DNA of 64,000 nucleotides from assembly GCA_965218795.1 (NCBI GenBank), contig OZ244653.1:1056001-1120000 (forward strand), read 5' to 3'. Source of the DNA: a bacterium. GTDB lineage: Bacteria > UBA8248 > JACPRG01 > G963555815. The number at the start of each line of letters is the position of its first letter. Position 1 is the first letter of the stretch. This document shows, piece by piece, positions 49,825-60,397 of the stretch. Below the pieces are notes generated by a model that was not told the DNA's origin, searched no databases, and saw only the letters and a program-made list of their open reading frames with translations. A program made the position numbers and the translations under genes.

Positions 49825-52011
49825 ATGGTCACCAAGACGGACACCCGACGAAAGAGGACTTCACCCGCGCAAAATCACCGCCAGAGCAACGCGAAGGGTG
49901 ATGAACCCGACAGCTTCCTGCTCGGAATCGATATCGGCGGGACATTTACGGACATTTGCCTTCTCCACGGAGACGGCCGGGTCAAGACCTACAAGACCGC
50001 CTCCACGCCGGAAGAACCTTTGGACGGGGTTCTGGAGGGGATCCGGCTGGCCGCCGGGGATTCGGGATTCCCCCCCCAACAGTTCCTGGAAAAGACGGTG
50101 TACTTCGGTCACGGGACGACCATCGCGACAAACGCCCTTATCCAGCGATCCGGAGCCCGCGTGGGACTGATAACGACCCGCGGGTTCCGCGACACCATCC
50201 TGATTCAGCGTTCTCTCGGCATGACGGCGGGTTTGACTGAAGAGGAGCTCGCCGATTACAGCCTGCGCTCCTATCCCGAGCCGCTGGTCCCGCCCGGTCT
50301 CATCAAGGAAGTCAGCGAACGGGTGGATTACAAGGGTTCAGTCGTCGTCGATCTGAACCTGGATGAAGCGAAACGAGCGGTGGATGAGCTGATTGAATCG
50401 GGGGTTCAATCCATCGCCGTCTGTTTTCTCTGGTCGTTCCTGAATCCGGTCCACGAGCGCGCCGTCCGCGATTGGGCGGAGGCCCGGGGCGCCCACGTGA
50501 CCGCCTCGAGCGACCTCTTTCCCATACTGGGAGAGTACGAGAGAACCGCCTCTACGGTGATGAACGCCTACCTCAGCCCGATCGTCAAAGAGTACCTGAA
50601 TGGGTTGGAGCGCAATCTGAAAAGCGCGGGGCTGCGGCCGCCTCCTGTCATCATGCACTCGGCAGGCGGGTCCATTTCCCCCGAGGAGGCCGCTGAAAAC
50701 GCCCTGACCCTCCTGATGTCCGGCCCGGCGGGAGGCGTGATCGGCTCCCGGATGCTGGGGGAGACGCTGGGTCACGATCACATCATCACGGCCGACATGG
50801 GCGGCACCAGCTTCGACGTCGGATTAATCGTCGGCGGCGAACCCGTTCATGCGGAAGGGGCCGTTTTCGGCAAATACCACACCCTGGCCCCGATGATGGC
50901 GATCGAGACCATCGGCGCGGGCGGAGGCAGCATTGCCCGGGTGATCGAGGGTGAACTGCTGGTCGGACCCGAGAGCGCCGGGGCCGTTCCCGGCCCGGCG
51001 TGTTACGGAAGGGGAGGAACCGAGCCTACGGCGACTGATGCGGATATCGTTCTGGGGATTCTGAATCCCGCCTTCTTTCTGGGGGGGCGGATCCCGTTGG
51101 CGCCTGATCGCGCCCTTCAAGCCATCAAGAGCAGGGTCGCAAACCCCTTGGGCCTTTCGGCGCTCCAGGCGGCGGCCGGCATTCGCCAGATCATCGACCA
51201 GCAAATGGCCGATCTGATCCGGCGCGTGACCCTCGAAAGAGGGTTCGACCCGCAGGACTTCGTCCTCTACGCCTATGGGGGCGCGGGCCCCGCCCACTGC
51301 GCGTCCTTCGGGAAGGAGCTGAACATTTCGGAAATCGTCATGCCGCTGACCGCCGGCTCCCATTCGGCCTTCGGCGCCGTCGCCTCGGACATCCAGCGCT
51401 CTTTCGCGCTTTCTCATCTGATGAGAACCCCGCCCCTCTCCGTCGATCCGGCCGCCGACCTGGACGCCCGAAAAATGGAGACCCTCTTTCGCGACCTCGA
51501 AGACCGGGGCCGTGCCACGCTGACGAAAAATGGAATCCCCAGGGCCGATATGCAGTCCCACCGGTTCGCCCATATGCGCTACCGCCGGCAGACCCACGAG
51601 GTTCCCGTTCCGGTTCCCAACGGCCGGTTCCTTTCGAAAAGCGTACGGGCGCTCATTGCTCGTTTCGAGGAGGAGTACGAAACCCGATACGGCAGCGGTT
51701 CCCAGTTTCCCGAGGCCGGATTGGAGATCACAACCTTCCGGGTCGAGGCGGTGGGACGGAAAGTGAAACCGAACCTCCAGGCCCGCCGGAGGCGGAAAAA
51801 CCGCCGGGTTCGCCCAATCGAAACGAAGAATGTCTATTATTATGAGGCCGGCGGGAGACTCCCGACGAAGTTTTACCGCGGCGCCGATCTACCGCCGGGC
51901 TTGGAACTCAAGGGGCCGGCCGTGCTTGAATACGCCGGCACGACCATCCTGATCGAGCCCGGGCAAACGGGGTGCGTCGACCCCTACCTCAACGTGAGAA
52001 TCCTTCTGTAG
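49825..52011 (+). CDS. Hydantoinase A/oxoprolinase family subunit
   Basis: GIDIGGTFTD, HGTTIATN, GEYER, SGPAGG, DMGGTSFD, IGAGGGSIA, YGGAGPAH. Confidence 0.93.
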   Translation: MVTKTDTRRKRTSPAQNHRQSNAKGDEPDSFLLGIDIGGTFTDICLLHGDGRVKTYKTASTPEEPLDGVLEGIRLAAGDSGFPPQQFLEKTVYFGHGTTIATNALIQRSGARVGLITTRGFRDTILIQRSLGMTAGLTEEELADYSLRSYPEPLVPPGLIKEVSERVDYKGSVVVDLNLDEAKRAVDELIESGVQSIAVCFLWSFLNPVHERAVRDWAEARGAHVTASSDLFPILGEYERTASTVMNAYLSPIVKEYLNGLERNLKSAGLRPPPVIMHSAGGSISPEEAAENALTLLMSGPAGGVIGSRMLGETLGHDHIITADMGGTSFDVGLIVGGEPVHAEGAVFGKYHTLAPMMAIETIGAGGGSIARVIEGELLVGPESAGAVPGPACYGRGGTEPTATDADIVLGILNPAFFLGGRIPLAPDRALQAIKSRVANPLGLSALQAAAGIRQIIDQQMADLIRRVTLERGFDPQDFVLYAYGGAGPAHCASFGKELNISEIVMPLTAGSHSAFGAVASDIQRSFALSHLMRTPPLSVDPAADLDARKMETLFRDLEDRGRATLTKNGIPRADMQSHRFAHMRYRRQTHEVPVPVPNGRFLSKSVRALIARFEEEYETRYGSGSQFPEAGLEITTFRVEAVGRKVKPNLQARRRRKNRRVRPIETKNVYYYEAGGRLPTKFYRGADLPPGLELKGPAVLEYAGTTILIEPGQTGCVDPYLNVRILL

Positions 52012-52017
52012 GCGGCC

Positions 52018-54219
52018 ATGAGCGCAAAGAAACGGACAAAACGACAGGCGATGGACCCCGTCCTCTTCGAGGTGCTCAAGCACAAGCTGCTCTCGATCAC
52101 CTGGGAGCAGAGCAACACGCTGAAGAAGGTCTCGGGATCCCCCGTCGTGACCGAGGCGAACGATTTCAACACCGGCCTCTATCTCGGCGACGGCTCGATT
52201 GTCACCCTGGGACGGCAGATGATCTGGCAGACGGGCGCCATGGCGAACGTGATCCGGTCCGTCATCTCTGATTGCCGGGACAACCCCGGCATCGGCGACG
52301 GCGACATGTTCATCTGCAACGACCCCTACAAGGGCGCCCTGCACGGCTCCGATGTTTCTTTGGCCGCCCCTATTTTCTTCGAAGGGAGGCGGGTCGCCTG
52401 GGTCGGGACGGTCGCGCATCAAATCGACATGGGCGGGATGGACGTCGGCTCCTGGTGCCCGCAGGCCACCGACCGGGTGCAGGAATCCATGAACCTCCCG
52501 CCCCTCAAGCTGATTCAGGGCGGAGAGGTCCGGCAGGACGTCTGGAACACCGTGCTCAGCATGACCCGCCTACCCTTCCTGCTGGGGCTCGACCTCCGCG
52601 CCATGACCGCGGCCAACAATACCGCCAAGGCCCGGTTGACAGGACTCATGGAACGCTATGGATGCGAAGCGGTCCTCTCCGCCATGGAGGGGCTGATCCG
52701 CCTCTCCGCGAAAAGGCTGAAGAGCCGGCTGAAGCGCCTCCCGGACGGAATCTATCGCGCAGTGGATTTTCTGGACCACGACGGCCACGAAAACCGCGCC
52801 TATAAAGTCGATTTGAAGATGGAGAAACGGAGGGACCGGCTCATCTTCGATTTCAGCGGTTCGGCGGAACAGGCCCCCGGCTTCATCAATTGTACCCGGG
52901 CCGGACTGGTGGGGGCGGTTTGCACGGCGCTGTTCACGATTGTCTGCTACGACATCCCCTGGACCGAAGGGCTCATTGATTCCATCGAGGTTCGCGCGCC
53001 GGAGGGGAAGATCTGCAACGCCCGGCCGCCCGCGCCGGTCAGCATGGCCACATGCGGCGTCATGTATTCGGTGTGTACCGTCACCACGCTCGCCTTGTCC
53101 CGTATGATGGGGTCCGATCCCGCCCATCGGCGGCACCTTCAGGCGGTCACACGGGGGGCCATCTCCGTGTTCAACCTGGGAGGCATCAATCAATACGGCG
53201 AGCGATTCGGGACAATGCTCCTGGACTGCCTGGCCGGAGGAGGAGGAGCCTTCTCGTATAAAGACGGTTATCACGCCGCGGGCAGTCACGCCATCCCCGT
53301 CCCCAACATCGCCAACGTCGAGACGACGGAAAACGTAACGCCCATCCTCTATCTGTACCGGAGTCTGATTCGGGACACCGGGGGGCCGGGGCGGCAGCGC
53401 GGGGGGATCTCCTGCGGAATGGCGTTCACCCCCCACGACGTGGAACAGGTCTCCGGCGTTCTCGTCTCACACGGCACGGAAGTCCCCAACGCCCAGGGCC
53501 TGTTTGGAGGCCTTCCCGCCGCCTGCACGGCCAACCGAGTGATTCGCGGCACGGACGTGGACAAGTGGTTCAGTCGCTCCCGGCTTCCTGAAGACCTGCA
53601 ACGCCTGAAGGGAGACCGGGTCGATTTGGGGGCCAAGCCGGGCCGCGTCCTGCTCAATCGCAGCGACGTTTTCGAGTATACCTGGCAGGGTGGCGGGGGT
53701 TACGGTGATCCCCTCGACCGGGATCCGGACCGGGTGGCCCGGGACGTGCGGGACGGACTTGTCTCCCCGGAGGCCGCCCGCAAAATCTACGGCGTGTCTC
53801 TTGACCCCCGAACCGGCGGAGCCAATCCGGCCGCAACCCATAAGCTTCGTAACGGAATTCGGAGCCGGCGCCTGAAGCGTGACGCTTTTTTCGAGAATGC
53901 AAAAGGCGGGCGACAGGGGTCTTCGGAGAATGGAACCGAAGCGGGCTCCCTGGGTGAATTCATGCAGGTCGTCCGACGCGGCAAGCGGTCGGAGATCGTA
54001 TGCGCGTGCGGAACCTTTCTGGCTGAGGCCCGTATGGACTGGAAGGAAGGCGTCCGTGGGGTCAGGCTGTCTCCCGATGAGGCAGGCCCCCTGATCTCCA
54101 TCCATCGGGATCTGGAGATTCGCGCCTATTACTGTCCGGGCTGCGGTCGCCAGCACTCAATCGAGATTGCCGAGAAGGGCGCTCCCGTGCTCCGGGAGTA
54201 TGAGCCTCTGAATTCCTGA
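52018..54219 (+). CDS. Hydantoinase B/oxoprolinase subunit with C-terminal AcxC (gamma)-like domain
   Basis: CNDPY..LHGSD, HQIDMGG, DTGGPGRQRGG, GGGGYGDPLDRDP. C-terminal VCACG...RAYYCPGCG. Confidence 0.9.
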   Translation: MSAKKRTKRQAMDPVLFEVLKHKLLSITWEQSNTLKKVSGSPVVTEANDFNTGLYLGDGSIVTLGRQMIWQTGAMANVIRSVISDCRDNPGIGDGDMFICNDPYKGALHGSDVSLAAPIFFEGRRVAWVGTVAHQIDMGGMDVGSWCPQATDRVQESMNLPPLKLIQGGEVRQDVWNTVLSMTRLPFLLGLDLRAMTAANNTAKARLTGLMERYGCEAVLSAMEGLIRLSAKRLKSRLKRLPDGIYRAVDFLDHDGHENRAYKVDLKMEKRRDRLIFDFSGSAEQAPGFINCTRAGLVGAVCTALFTIVCYDIPWTEGLIDSIEVRAPEGKICNARPPAPVSMATCGVMYSVCTVTTLALSRMMGSDPAHRRHLQAVTRGAISVFNLGGINQYGERFGTMLLDCLAGGGGAFSYKDGYHAAGSHAIPVPNIANVETTENVTPILYLYRSLIRDTGGPGRQRGGISCGMAFTPHDVEQVSGVLVSHGTEVPNAQGLFGGLPAACTANRVIRGTDVDKWFSRSRLPEDLQRLKGDRVDLGAKPGRVLLNRSDVFEYTWQGGGGYGDPLDRDPDRVARDVRDGLVSPEAARKIYGVSLDPRTGGANPAATHKLRNGIRSRRLKRDAFFENAKGGRQGSSENGTEAGSLGEFMQVVRRGKRSEIVCACGTFLAEARMDWKEGVRGVRLSPDEAGPLISIHRDLEIRAYYCPGCGRQHSIEIAEKGAPVLREYEPLNS

Positions 54220-54355
54220 CCGGACTGACAGTTTCTCCGACATGAGCGGGCGGAGCCGGTTCATGGCGCAGGCTTCGCGTCTTGTGTGAAAACCGGGACC
54301 TTCCGTCTGGAACACCTCCGGGCCGTTCAGCCACCCTGATTTCGAAAGTCGACAC

Positions 54356-56536
54356 ATGAATTCTGATGCCCCCTCCGGTCCCGGAGACCTGAATCGAAGC
54401 GAGGCGGTAGACTCGATTTACCCCCTCCTATGGCCGGAATCGGTGGCCCTGATCGGCGCGTCCGCAGATTCTTCCCGGATTGCGGGCAAGCCCCTCCACA
54501 ATCTCCGGCTTCATGGATTTCCAGGTCGGATCTATACAGTCAATCCGAAATACAAGGACATGAACGGGGTCCCCTGCTTTCCCCGCGTCGACGATCTGCC
54601 CGAGGGGGTCGATTGCGCCATCGTCCTCCTCGCCGCCGACAGGGTGATCCCGGTCTTGAAGGCCCTTTCCCTTCGGAAGGCGAAATCCGCTATCGTCGTC
54701 AGCGGCGGGTTTGCCGAAGGCGGACGGGAGGGTCGGATCCTCCAGGATGAGATGTCGGCCATCGCCGATCGAAGCGGCATGCGCATCCTCGGCCCGAACA
54801 CCCTCGGGGCGGTCAACTTCCACGGCCGGGCCGTCCTGTCGTTCTCGACCTCCTTCGAGGATGGAAACCTGTCCGCGGGGCCCGTGGGATTCATCTCTCA
54901 GAGCGGGGCCCTGCTTTCTTCTCTGTCCGACCGCGCGTCCGACTATGGCATGGGGCTCTCCCATGCGGTCGCCACGGGGAATGAGGCCGATCTGGACGTA
55001 TCGGAGTTCCTCGAGTTTCTCGCCCGGGACGAACATACCCGCGTGGTCATGGGCCTGGTGGAATCCGTTCGGGACGGGAGGAAATTTCTCCTGGCGCTGG
55101 AAAACCTTCGCCGGGCCGGAAAACCGGTTGTCCTCCTGAAGGTTGGAAAATCCGAGGCCGGACAAAAGGCCGCCCTGGCGCACACAGGGGCCTTGGCCGG
55201 GTCGTCCCGCGTTTTTGATGCGGCCTGCCGGCGGGCCGGAGTCCTCCAGGCCGACGACCTGGAAGAACTTCTTCAGACCGCCCACCTGATGTCCAGAGCA
55301 AAGCTGCCGAAGGGGCGGACCGTGGGCGTGATCACCACGTCGGGGGGCGCTGCCGCCATGCTTGCGGACACCGCCACCCGGCATGGGCTTTCCCTTCCCT
55401 CCCCTTCTCCGGCCGCAGCCTCCCGACTCAGGGATTCACTGCCTTCGTTCGCCCAACAGAGCCTGAACCCCGTCGATCTGACGGCGCAGCACCTCTCCCA
55501 ACCCGAGGTGTATCGGCAAACCGTGATGGAGTTTCTGAACGACGACGCATTCGGGTCCGTCGCCGTCATCATGGCGCCGGGCAGCGGCAAGTCCGGCGAA
55601 GAGCGCGCCGAGACGCTGGTGGAACTGGACCGGGAAGCGCGGAAACCGCTCGTCGCCTGCTGGATCGGAGGCGGGCAGTCCTCGCGGGGGCGGGACACCT
55701 GCAGGCGAAACGGCCTCCCGACCATGGAATTCCCGAACCATGCCGCAACGGCCCTGGCCCGGTTGGCTGATTACGCAGAGACGCGCGCGCGGTTCTCTCG
55801 TGATGACCGTCCCCCCGAGCATGTCCCCCTGGAGCCCGTTGAACCTCTGCCGGGATCAACCGCTCCGGCGCTTACGGAATATCAGAGCGAGCGCTGGCTC
55901 GCCGCCTGCGGGATCCCCGTCCTGGACGGCGAATTGGCTCAATCGGCAGGGGGAGCATTGGAGGCGGCTGAACGGTTGGGCTACCCGGTCGTCATGAAAG
56001 GCATGATGCCGGGAATCCTGCACAAGAACATCGCCGGTCTGGTGCGGTTGGGCATCGATAACGCCGAGTCTGTATTGGACTCCTATCAGGAACTGACCGC
56101 GGCCCTTGCCGCATTTGCCCAGGCAGCCGGAGAGGACATCTTGATTGAACCCATGGCGCCATCCGGCGTGGATCTTTTGATCGGGGCCCATATCGATCCG
56201 ACGTTCGGCCCCGTGGTCGTATTCGGCTGGGGCGGTGTACACGCGGAAATCCTGGACGAGACCTCCTTGCGGCTCGCTCCGATCTCCTCGACGGACGCTG
56301 CGGAAATGCTGGCCGAGGTGCGCGGCTTCCCGGCGATGGCCGAGGATGCCTTGGGAGACGGTGTAGAATGGAACGCGCTCAAGAACGTTCTGGTCCGGAT
56401 CAGCCACATCGCCGCCGGCATGCAGGATGAAATGGAAAGCATCGACCTCAATCCGATTCGGGTCATCCACAGAAACGGCGAATGCCGGGTTCTCGATGCG
56501 TCCGTTGTGCTCAAGGATCGGGGAAGCGCCGCGTGA
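54356..56536 (+). CDS. Acetate-CoA ligase (ADP-forming) family, fused alpha/beta
   Basis: VALIGAS, GGFAE, LGPNTLG, SQSGA, AHTGALAG (phospho-His), NPVDLT, LGYPVVMK, DPTFGPVV, DLNP. Confidence 0.9.
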   Translation: MNSDAPSGPGDLNRSEAVDSIYPLLWPESVALIGASADSSRIAGKPLHNLRLHGFPGRIYTVNPKYKDMNGVPCFPRVDDLPEGVDCAIVLLAADRVIPVLKALSLRKAKSAIVVSGGFAEGGREGRILQDEMSAIADRSGMRILGPNTLGAVNFHGRAVLSFSTSFEDGNLSAGPVGFISQSGALLSSLSDRASDYGMGLSHAVATGNEADLDVSEFLEFLARDEHTRVVMGLVESVRDGRKFLLALENLRRAGKPVVLLKVGKSEAGQKAALAHTGALAGSSRVFDAACRRAGVLQADDLEELLQTAHLMSRAKLPKGRTVGVITTSGGAAAMLADTATRHGLSLPSPSPAAASRLRDSLPSFAQQSLNPVDLTAQHLSQPEVYRQTVMEFLNDDAFGSVAVIMAPGSGKSGEERAETLVELDREARKPLVACWIGGGQSSRGRDTCRRNGLPTMEFPNHAATALARLADYAETRARFSRDDRPPEHVPLEPVEPLPGSTAPALTEYQSERWLAACGIPVLDGELAQSAGGALEAAERLGYPVVMKGMMPGILHKNIAGLVRLGIDNAESVLDSYQELTAALAAFAQAAGEDILIEPMAPSGVDLLIGAHIDPTFGPVVVFGWGGVHAEILDETSLRLAPISSTDAAEMLAEVRGFPAMAEDALGDGVEWNALKNVLVRISHIAAGMQDEMESIDLNPIRVIHRNGECRVLDASVVLKDRGSAA

Positions 56537-57693
56537 AGCCTGAAATGCCTGCCATCGCATCGGAACAAGAACTGAAGCTCCTCCGCGACACGGTCCGCTC
56601 CTTCGTCACCCGCGAGCTGCAACCCATCGAGCGGCTGGTGGATGAGCAGGACGCGATCCCGTCGGAGCATTACGAACGGTTGCGGGCCCAGGCTGTCGAG
56701 CTCGGCCTGCTGGGTCTGGCCTATCCCGTCGAATACGGAGGCAGCGGGCTTGGGGTGCTTGCCCAATGCGTGGTTCGCGAGGAGTTCGGCAAATCCAGTG
56801 ACGCGCTCCGTATCGCCTGCACCCAAGGCCCCAATAAGATGATCCTCGCCGGAACGGATGAGCAGAAAGACCGCTACCTCCGGCCCGCGGTCCGAGGCGA
56901 GTGCCTGATGGCCTTTGCCGTGACGGAGCCGGACGCCGGATCCGACGTCGCCTCCATGAGAACCCGGGCCGCCCCCGAGGACGGAGGGTTCATCCTCCAA
57001 GGCCGGAAACACTTTGTCACGAACGGGCCCATCGCCGATGCCGTCATTGTCTTCGCCGTCACGGATCCGGAGAAGCGCGCCAAAGGAGGCATCACAGCTT
57101 TTATTGTCGACAAGGGGACCCCTGGATTCTCGGTGGGCCGGATCCATAAGAAGCTTGGGTGGAGGGGTTCCCCGACCAGCGAGTTGATTTTCGAGAACTG
57201 CCGGCTCCCGGTCGAACAGGTCCTTGGGGAGATCGGCCAGGGATTCCGGATCGTCATGGGCTTCCTCGATGAACAGCGCCTGGCCGTCGGGGCGGGATGC
57301 GTTGGAACGGCCGAGCGTCTGCTTGGCATGGCCACCGACTACGCCCGCGAGCGCGTTACGTTCGGAAAGCCCATCGGGGAACGCCAGGCGATTCAGTTCA
57401 TGCTGGCGGATTCCGCCATGGAGATTCAGGCCGGACGGCTGATGGTTTCTGACGGCGCCCGGCGGCTGGATCGCGGAGAGCGCGTCACACGGGAGGCGGC
57501 CATCGCCAAGGTCTTCTGCTCCGAGTTGGCCGGAAAGGTGGCCGACCGGACGCTACAGATTTTCGGCGGAATGGGGTATATGAAAGACCTGCCCATTGAG
57601 CTGATGTACCGGGATCTGCGGAACCATCGGATTGCCGAGGGAACATCGGAGATTCTCCGCATGGTCATCGCGCGAGACCTGCTGAGGAGCTAG
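56533..57693 (+). CDS. Acyl-CoA dehydrogenase
   Basis: FAVTEPDAGSD, GRKHFVTNG, KKLGWRGS, RVTFGKPI, QIFGGMGY, IAEGTSEI. Start may be ATG at 56545. Confidence 0.94.
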   Translation: MKPEMPAIASEQELKLLRDTVRSFVTRELQPIERLVDEQDAIPSEHYERLRAQAVELGLLGLAYPVEYGGSGLGVLAQCVVREEFGKSSDALRIACTQGPNKMILAGTDEQKDRYLRPAVRGECLMAFAVTEPDAGSDVASMRTRAAPEDGGFILQGRKHFVTNGPIADAVIVFAVTDPEKRAKGGITAFIVDKGTPGFSVGRIHKKLGWRGSPTSELIFENCRLPVEQVLGEIGQGFRIVMGFLDEQRLAVGAGCVGTAERLLGMATDYARERVTFGKPIGERQAIQFMLADSAMEIQAGRLMVSDGARRLDRGERVTREAAIAKVFCSELAGKVADRTLQIFGGMGYMKDLPIELMYRDLRNHRIAEGTSEILRMVIARDLLRS

Positions 57694-57720
57694 TCCCGAC
57701 CGGCCGAGGAACATTCACTG

Positions 57721-58952
57721 ATGAAGAATGGATTTTCAGACGCCTGCGCCATCGCCGGCATTGGAGAAACGGAAATCGGGAAGTTGCCCGACCGCACCAG
57801 CCTCTCCCTTCATATAGAGGCTGCGGTGGCGGCCATCCGGGACGCCGGCCTCGAGCGCAACGATGTGGACGGGCTCCTCGCGATGCCGCCTTACGACGAT
57901 CCGGCGTTCATGTTCTGCATCCAGGTCTCAGAAGGCATATAGAGGCTGCGGTGGCGGCCATCCGGGACGCCGGCCTCGAGCGCAACGATGTGGACGGGCT
58001 CGTCTCAGAAGGCCTCGGCCTGCGCTCTCATTTCTCTTCCGACTTGAACCTCGGAGGGGCCACACCGGTCGTGATGGTACTCCACGCGGCAGCGGCGATT
58101 GCCTCGGGATTGGCCGATGTGATCGTCTGCACCTGCGGCGAGGCCCGCCTCTCGGGCCGAGGCCGCCCCAAGCACGGGCGCCGAAACTGGGGGTACGAGA
58201 ACTTTGAGAATCCGTTCGGCCGAATCGGGCCCGTCACCAATTACGCCATGGCGGCGCGCCGGCACATGCACGAATACGGGACGACGAGCGCTCAGCTCGG
58301 AGCGATTGCCGTGACAATGCGAAACCACGCCCTGTTGAACGAAGGGGCGCAGATGAAAAAGCCCATGATGCTGGAAGACCATCAGAACTCCCGGTACATT
58401 GCCGAGCCGTTCCGCCTCCTGGACTGCTGCCTGAACTCGGACGGCGCCGCCGCGGTGGTCGTCACAAGCGCCGAGCGCGCCCGGGACCTCCCCCATCCTT
58501 CCGCCCTGGTGGTTGGGGGAACCCAGTGCCACACGCACAAGAACTTTTTCGAGGCCCCGGCTCCCGCACAATCCGGAGAGGAAGAGGCGGCCCATTCGCT
58601 GTATGAACAATACGACCTGACTCCGGACCGGTTCGACTTTGCCGAGCTCTATGACTGCTTTACCTTCACCGTCCTGGCCCAACTGGAAGCCTACGGCTTT
58701 TGCGGAGCGGGCGAAGGTGGAACATTCGTCGAGGACGGCCACATCGCGCTGGGAGGGCAAATCCCGGTCAATACGCACGGCGGCCTGCTCTCGCACGGGT
58801 ACATCGACGGCATGACGCACATCACCGAAGCCGTCAAGCAAATCCGGGGGGACGGCGGTCCGCGTCAGGCCGGGAAGGCCGAATGGGGTCTGGTCACCGG
58901 CAACGGCGGGGATTTGGCCACTCACGCCAACATGGTCTTGAGGAGAGGATGA
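57721..58952 (+). pseudogene. SCP2/Ltp2-type thiolase-fold protein interrupted by a 77-bp insertion (57936-58012)
   Basis: AIAGIGET, YAMAARRHMHEYG, LLDCC..SDGA, ELYDCFT, NTHGGLLS. Removing 57936-58012 restores a single ORF (QVSEGLGLR). Confidence 0.85.
57811..58013 (+). repeat. 66-bp perfect direct repeat (57811-57876 = 57936-58001) flanked by duplicated GTCTCAGAAGG
   Basis: Read directly from the sequence. Confidence 0.9.
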
Positions 58953-59417
58953 ATGCCCGAGACGGCTTACGAGAAACACCTGCCTATCGTGGACGGCGAC
59001 TCCGAGGGGTTCTGGGAAGGATGCCGGACCGGAGAGCTGCGTCTGCAATGCTGCCTCTCCTGCGGATCCTACCGTTACGCGCCAAAGCGGCTCTGCCCTT
59101 CCTGTTGGTCGGCCGAATTCGAATGGCGCGCCGTCAGCGGCCGGGGCGAAGTCTACACCTTCACGGTCGAGCATCACGCCTACCACCCCTCGTGGAAGGA
59201 GGATGTGCCATACGTCATCGCCGTCATTCAGCTCGAAGAGGGTCCGCGGATGACCAGCCGCATCGTCGGGTGCGGGCCCGAAGACGTTCGTGTGGGTCTT
59301 CCGGTTCAGGTGATCTTCGACAAGGCAACCGAGGAAATATCGCTGCCCCTTTTCGAGCCCTCCGGTGAAGGGGGCGGATTGCGGGTATCCACCCGAACGA
59401 TGGGGAGCCGTTCATGA
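58953..59417 (+). CDS. DUF35 Zn-ribbon/OB-fold protein
   Basis: FWEG..GELRLQCCLSCG..YAPKRLCPSC, SGRGEVYTFT, PYVIAVIQLEEGPRM. Confidence 0.92.
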   Translation: MPETAYEKHLPIVDGDSEGFWEGCRTGELRLQCCLSCGSYRYAPKRLCPSCWSAEFEWRAVSGRGEVYTFTVEHHAYHPSWKEDVPYVIAVIQLEEGPRMTSRIVGCGPEDVRVGLPVQVIFDKATEEISLPLFEPSGEGGGLRVSTRTMGSRS

Positions 59418-60352
59418 CGATCGACATCCATGCGCATCAATATCCCGATATCTTTCGAAACGAGTTCAAGCGCCTCGTCGAGAAGGGGATCATGCCGCCC
59501 CCGGAGTACAGCCTCGAACCCTGGGACGTCGATGCGCACCTGGTCCTCAATGACGCGCACGGGATCGACTTTCAGGTCCTCTCCATCACATTGCAGACCC
59601 TCCCTCCCGACCCGGCGGCGGGACGCGACTTGGCGCAGGCCGGCAACGACGGGCTTGCCGAGGTCTGCCGTCGCCACCCGGATCGCTTCACCGGCTTCGC
59701 CTCTCTCCCTCTCCTTGATGTCGAGGCCTCCGTGCAGGAACTGCGCCGCGCGGTGAACGATTTGGAGATGAAAGGGGTGATTCTTGGAACGAACGTGCGG
59801 GGGCGCGCGCTCGACGAAGAGGAATTTTTGCCCCTATGGGAGGAGATCGAGCGGTTGAGGCTTCCCATCCTGCTCCATCCGCTCGATCCGGGCGGACCTC
59901 CTCAGGCCTATGTTCACCGGCTCGAGCTCTGGGTCGGGTGGCCGGTGGATACCGCCTATGCCGCCGCGCGACTGATCATGAACGGCATTCTGGACCGGTT
60001 TCCGGACCTGACCATCATCCTGTCCCACCTGGGCGGCGCGACTCATTACCTTCTGGAGCGGATTTGCGAGGGCGTTCGGCGCTCCAAAGCCGAGCGTCCG
60101 GGCATGGACTACTACCGGGAGATGTATCACGACACGGCCGGGCCCGTTTCCTCCTCGGCGGTCCTGTGCGCGCACGATCTCTTCGGCGCGGAGCGAATCG
60201 TCTACGGAACGGATTATCCCTTCGGAGCCGGCCAGGGGAAGGATTTCATTGAGCGGGCCTTTGCTTGCGTACGGGATCTCTCCCTGCCCGGCGAAGAGGA
60301 ACAAGCCATTTTCGAGATGAATGCGCGAAAGATTCTCGGTTTGACGAATTAA
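59414..60352 (+). CDS. Amidohydrolase_2 family (ACMSD/aromatic decarboxylase-like)
   Basis: IDIHAH, NDGLA, ELRRAV, LLHP, LSHLGG, YHDT, IVYGTDYPF. Confidence 0.9.
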   Translation: MTIDIHAHQYPDIFRNEFKRLVEKGIMPPPEYSLEPWDVDAHLVLNDAHGIDFQVLSITLQTLPPDPAAGRDLAQAGNDGLAEVCRRHPDRFTGFASLPLLDVEASVQELRRAVNDLEMKGVILGTNVRGRALDEEEFLPLWEEIERLRLPILLHPLDPGGPPQAYVHRLELWVGWPVDTAYAAARLIMNGILDRFPDLTIILSHLGGATHYLLERICEGVRRSKAERPGMDYYREMYHDTAGPVSSSAVLCAHDLFGAERIVYGTDYPFGAGQGKDFIERAFACVRDLSLPGEEEQAIFEMNARKILGLTN

Positions 60353-60397
60353 AGCAATCCGTCCCATCGGACGCGTTTTTCAACGGGAGGTAGTTTT

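Noticed and set aside
57940-57942. TAG in the thiolase gene as a pyrrolysine/readthrough site
   Set aside because: The stop is created by the out-of-frame 77-bp insertion.
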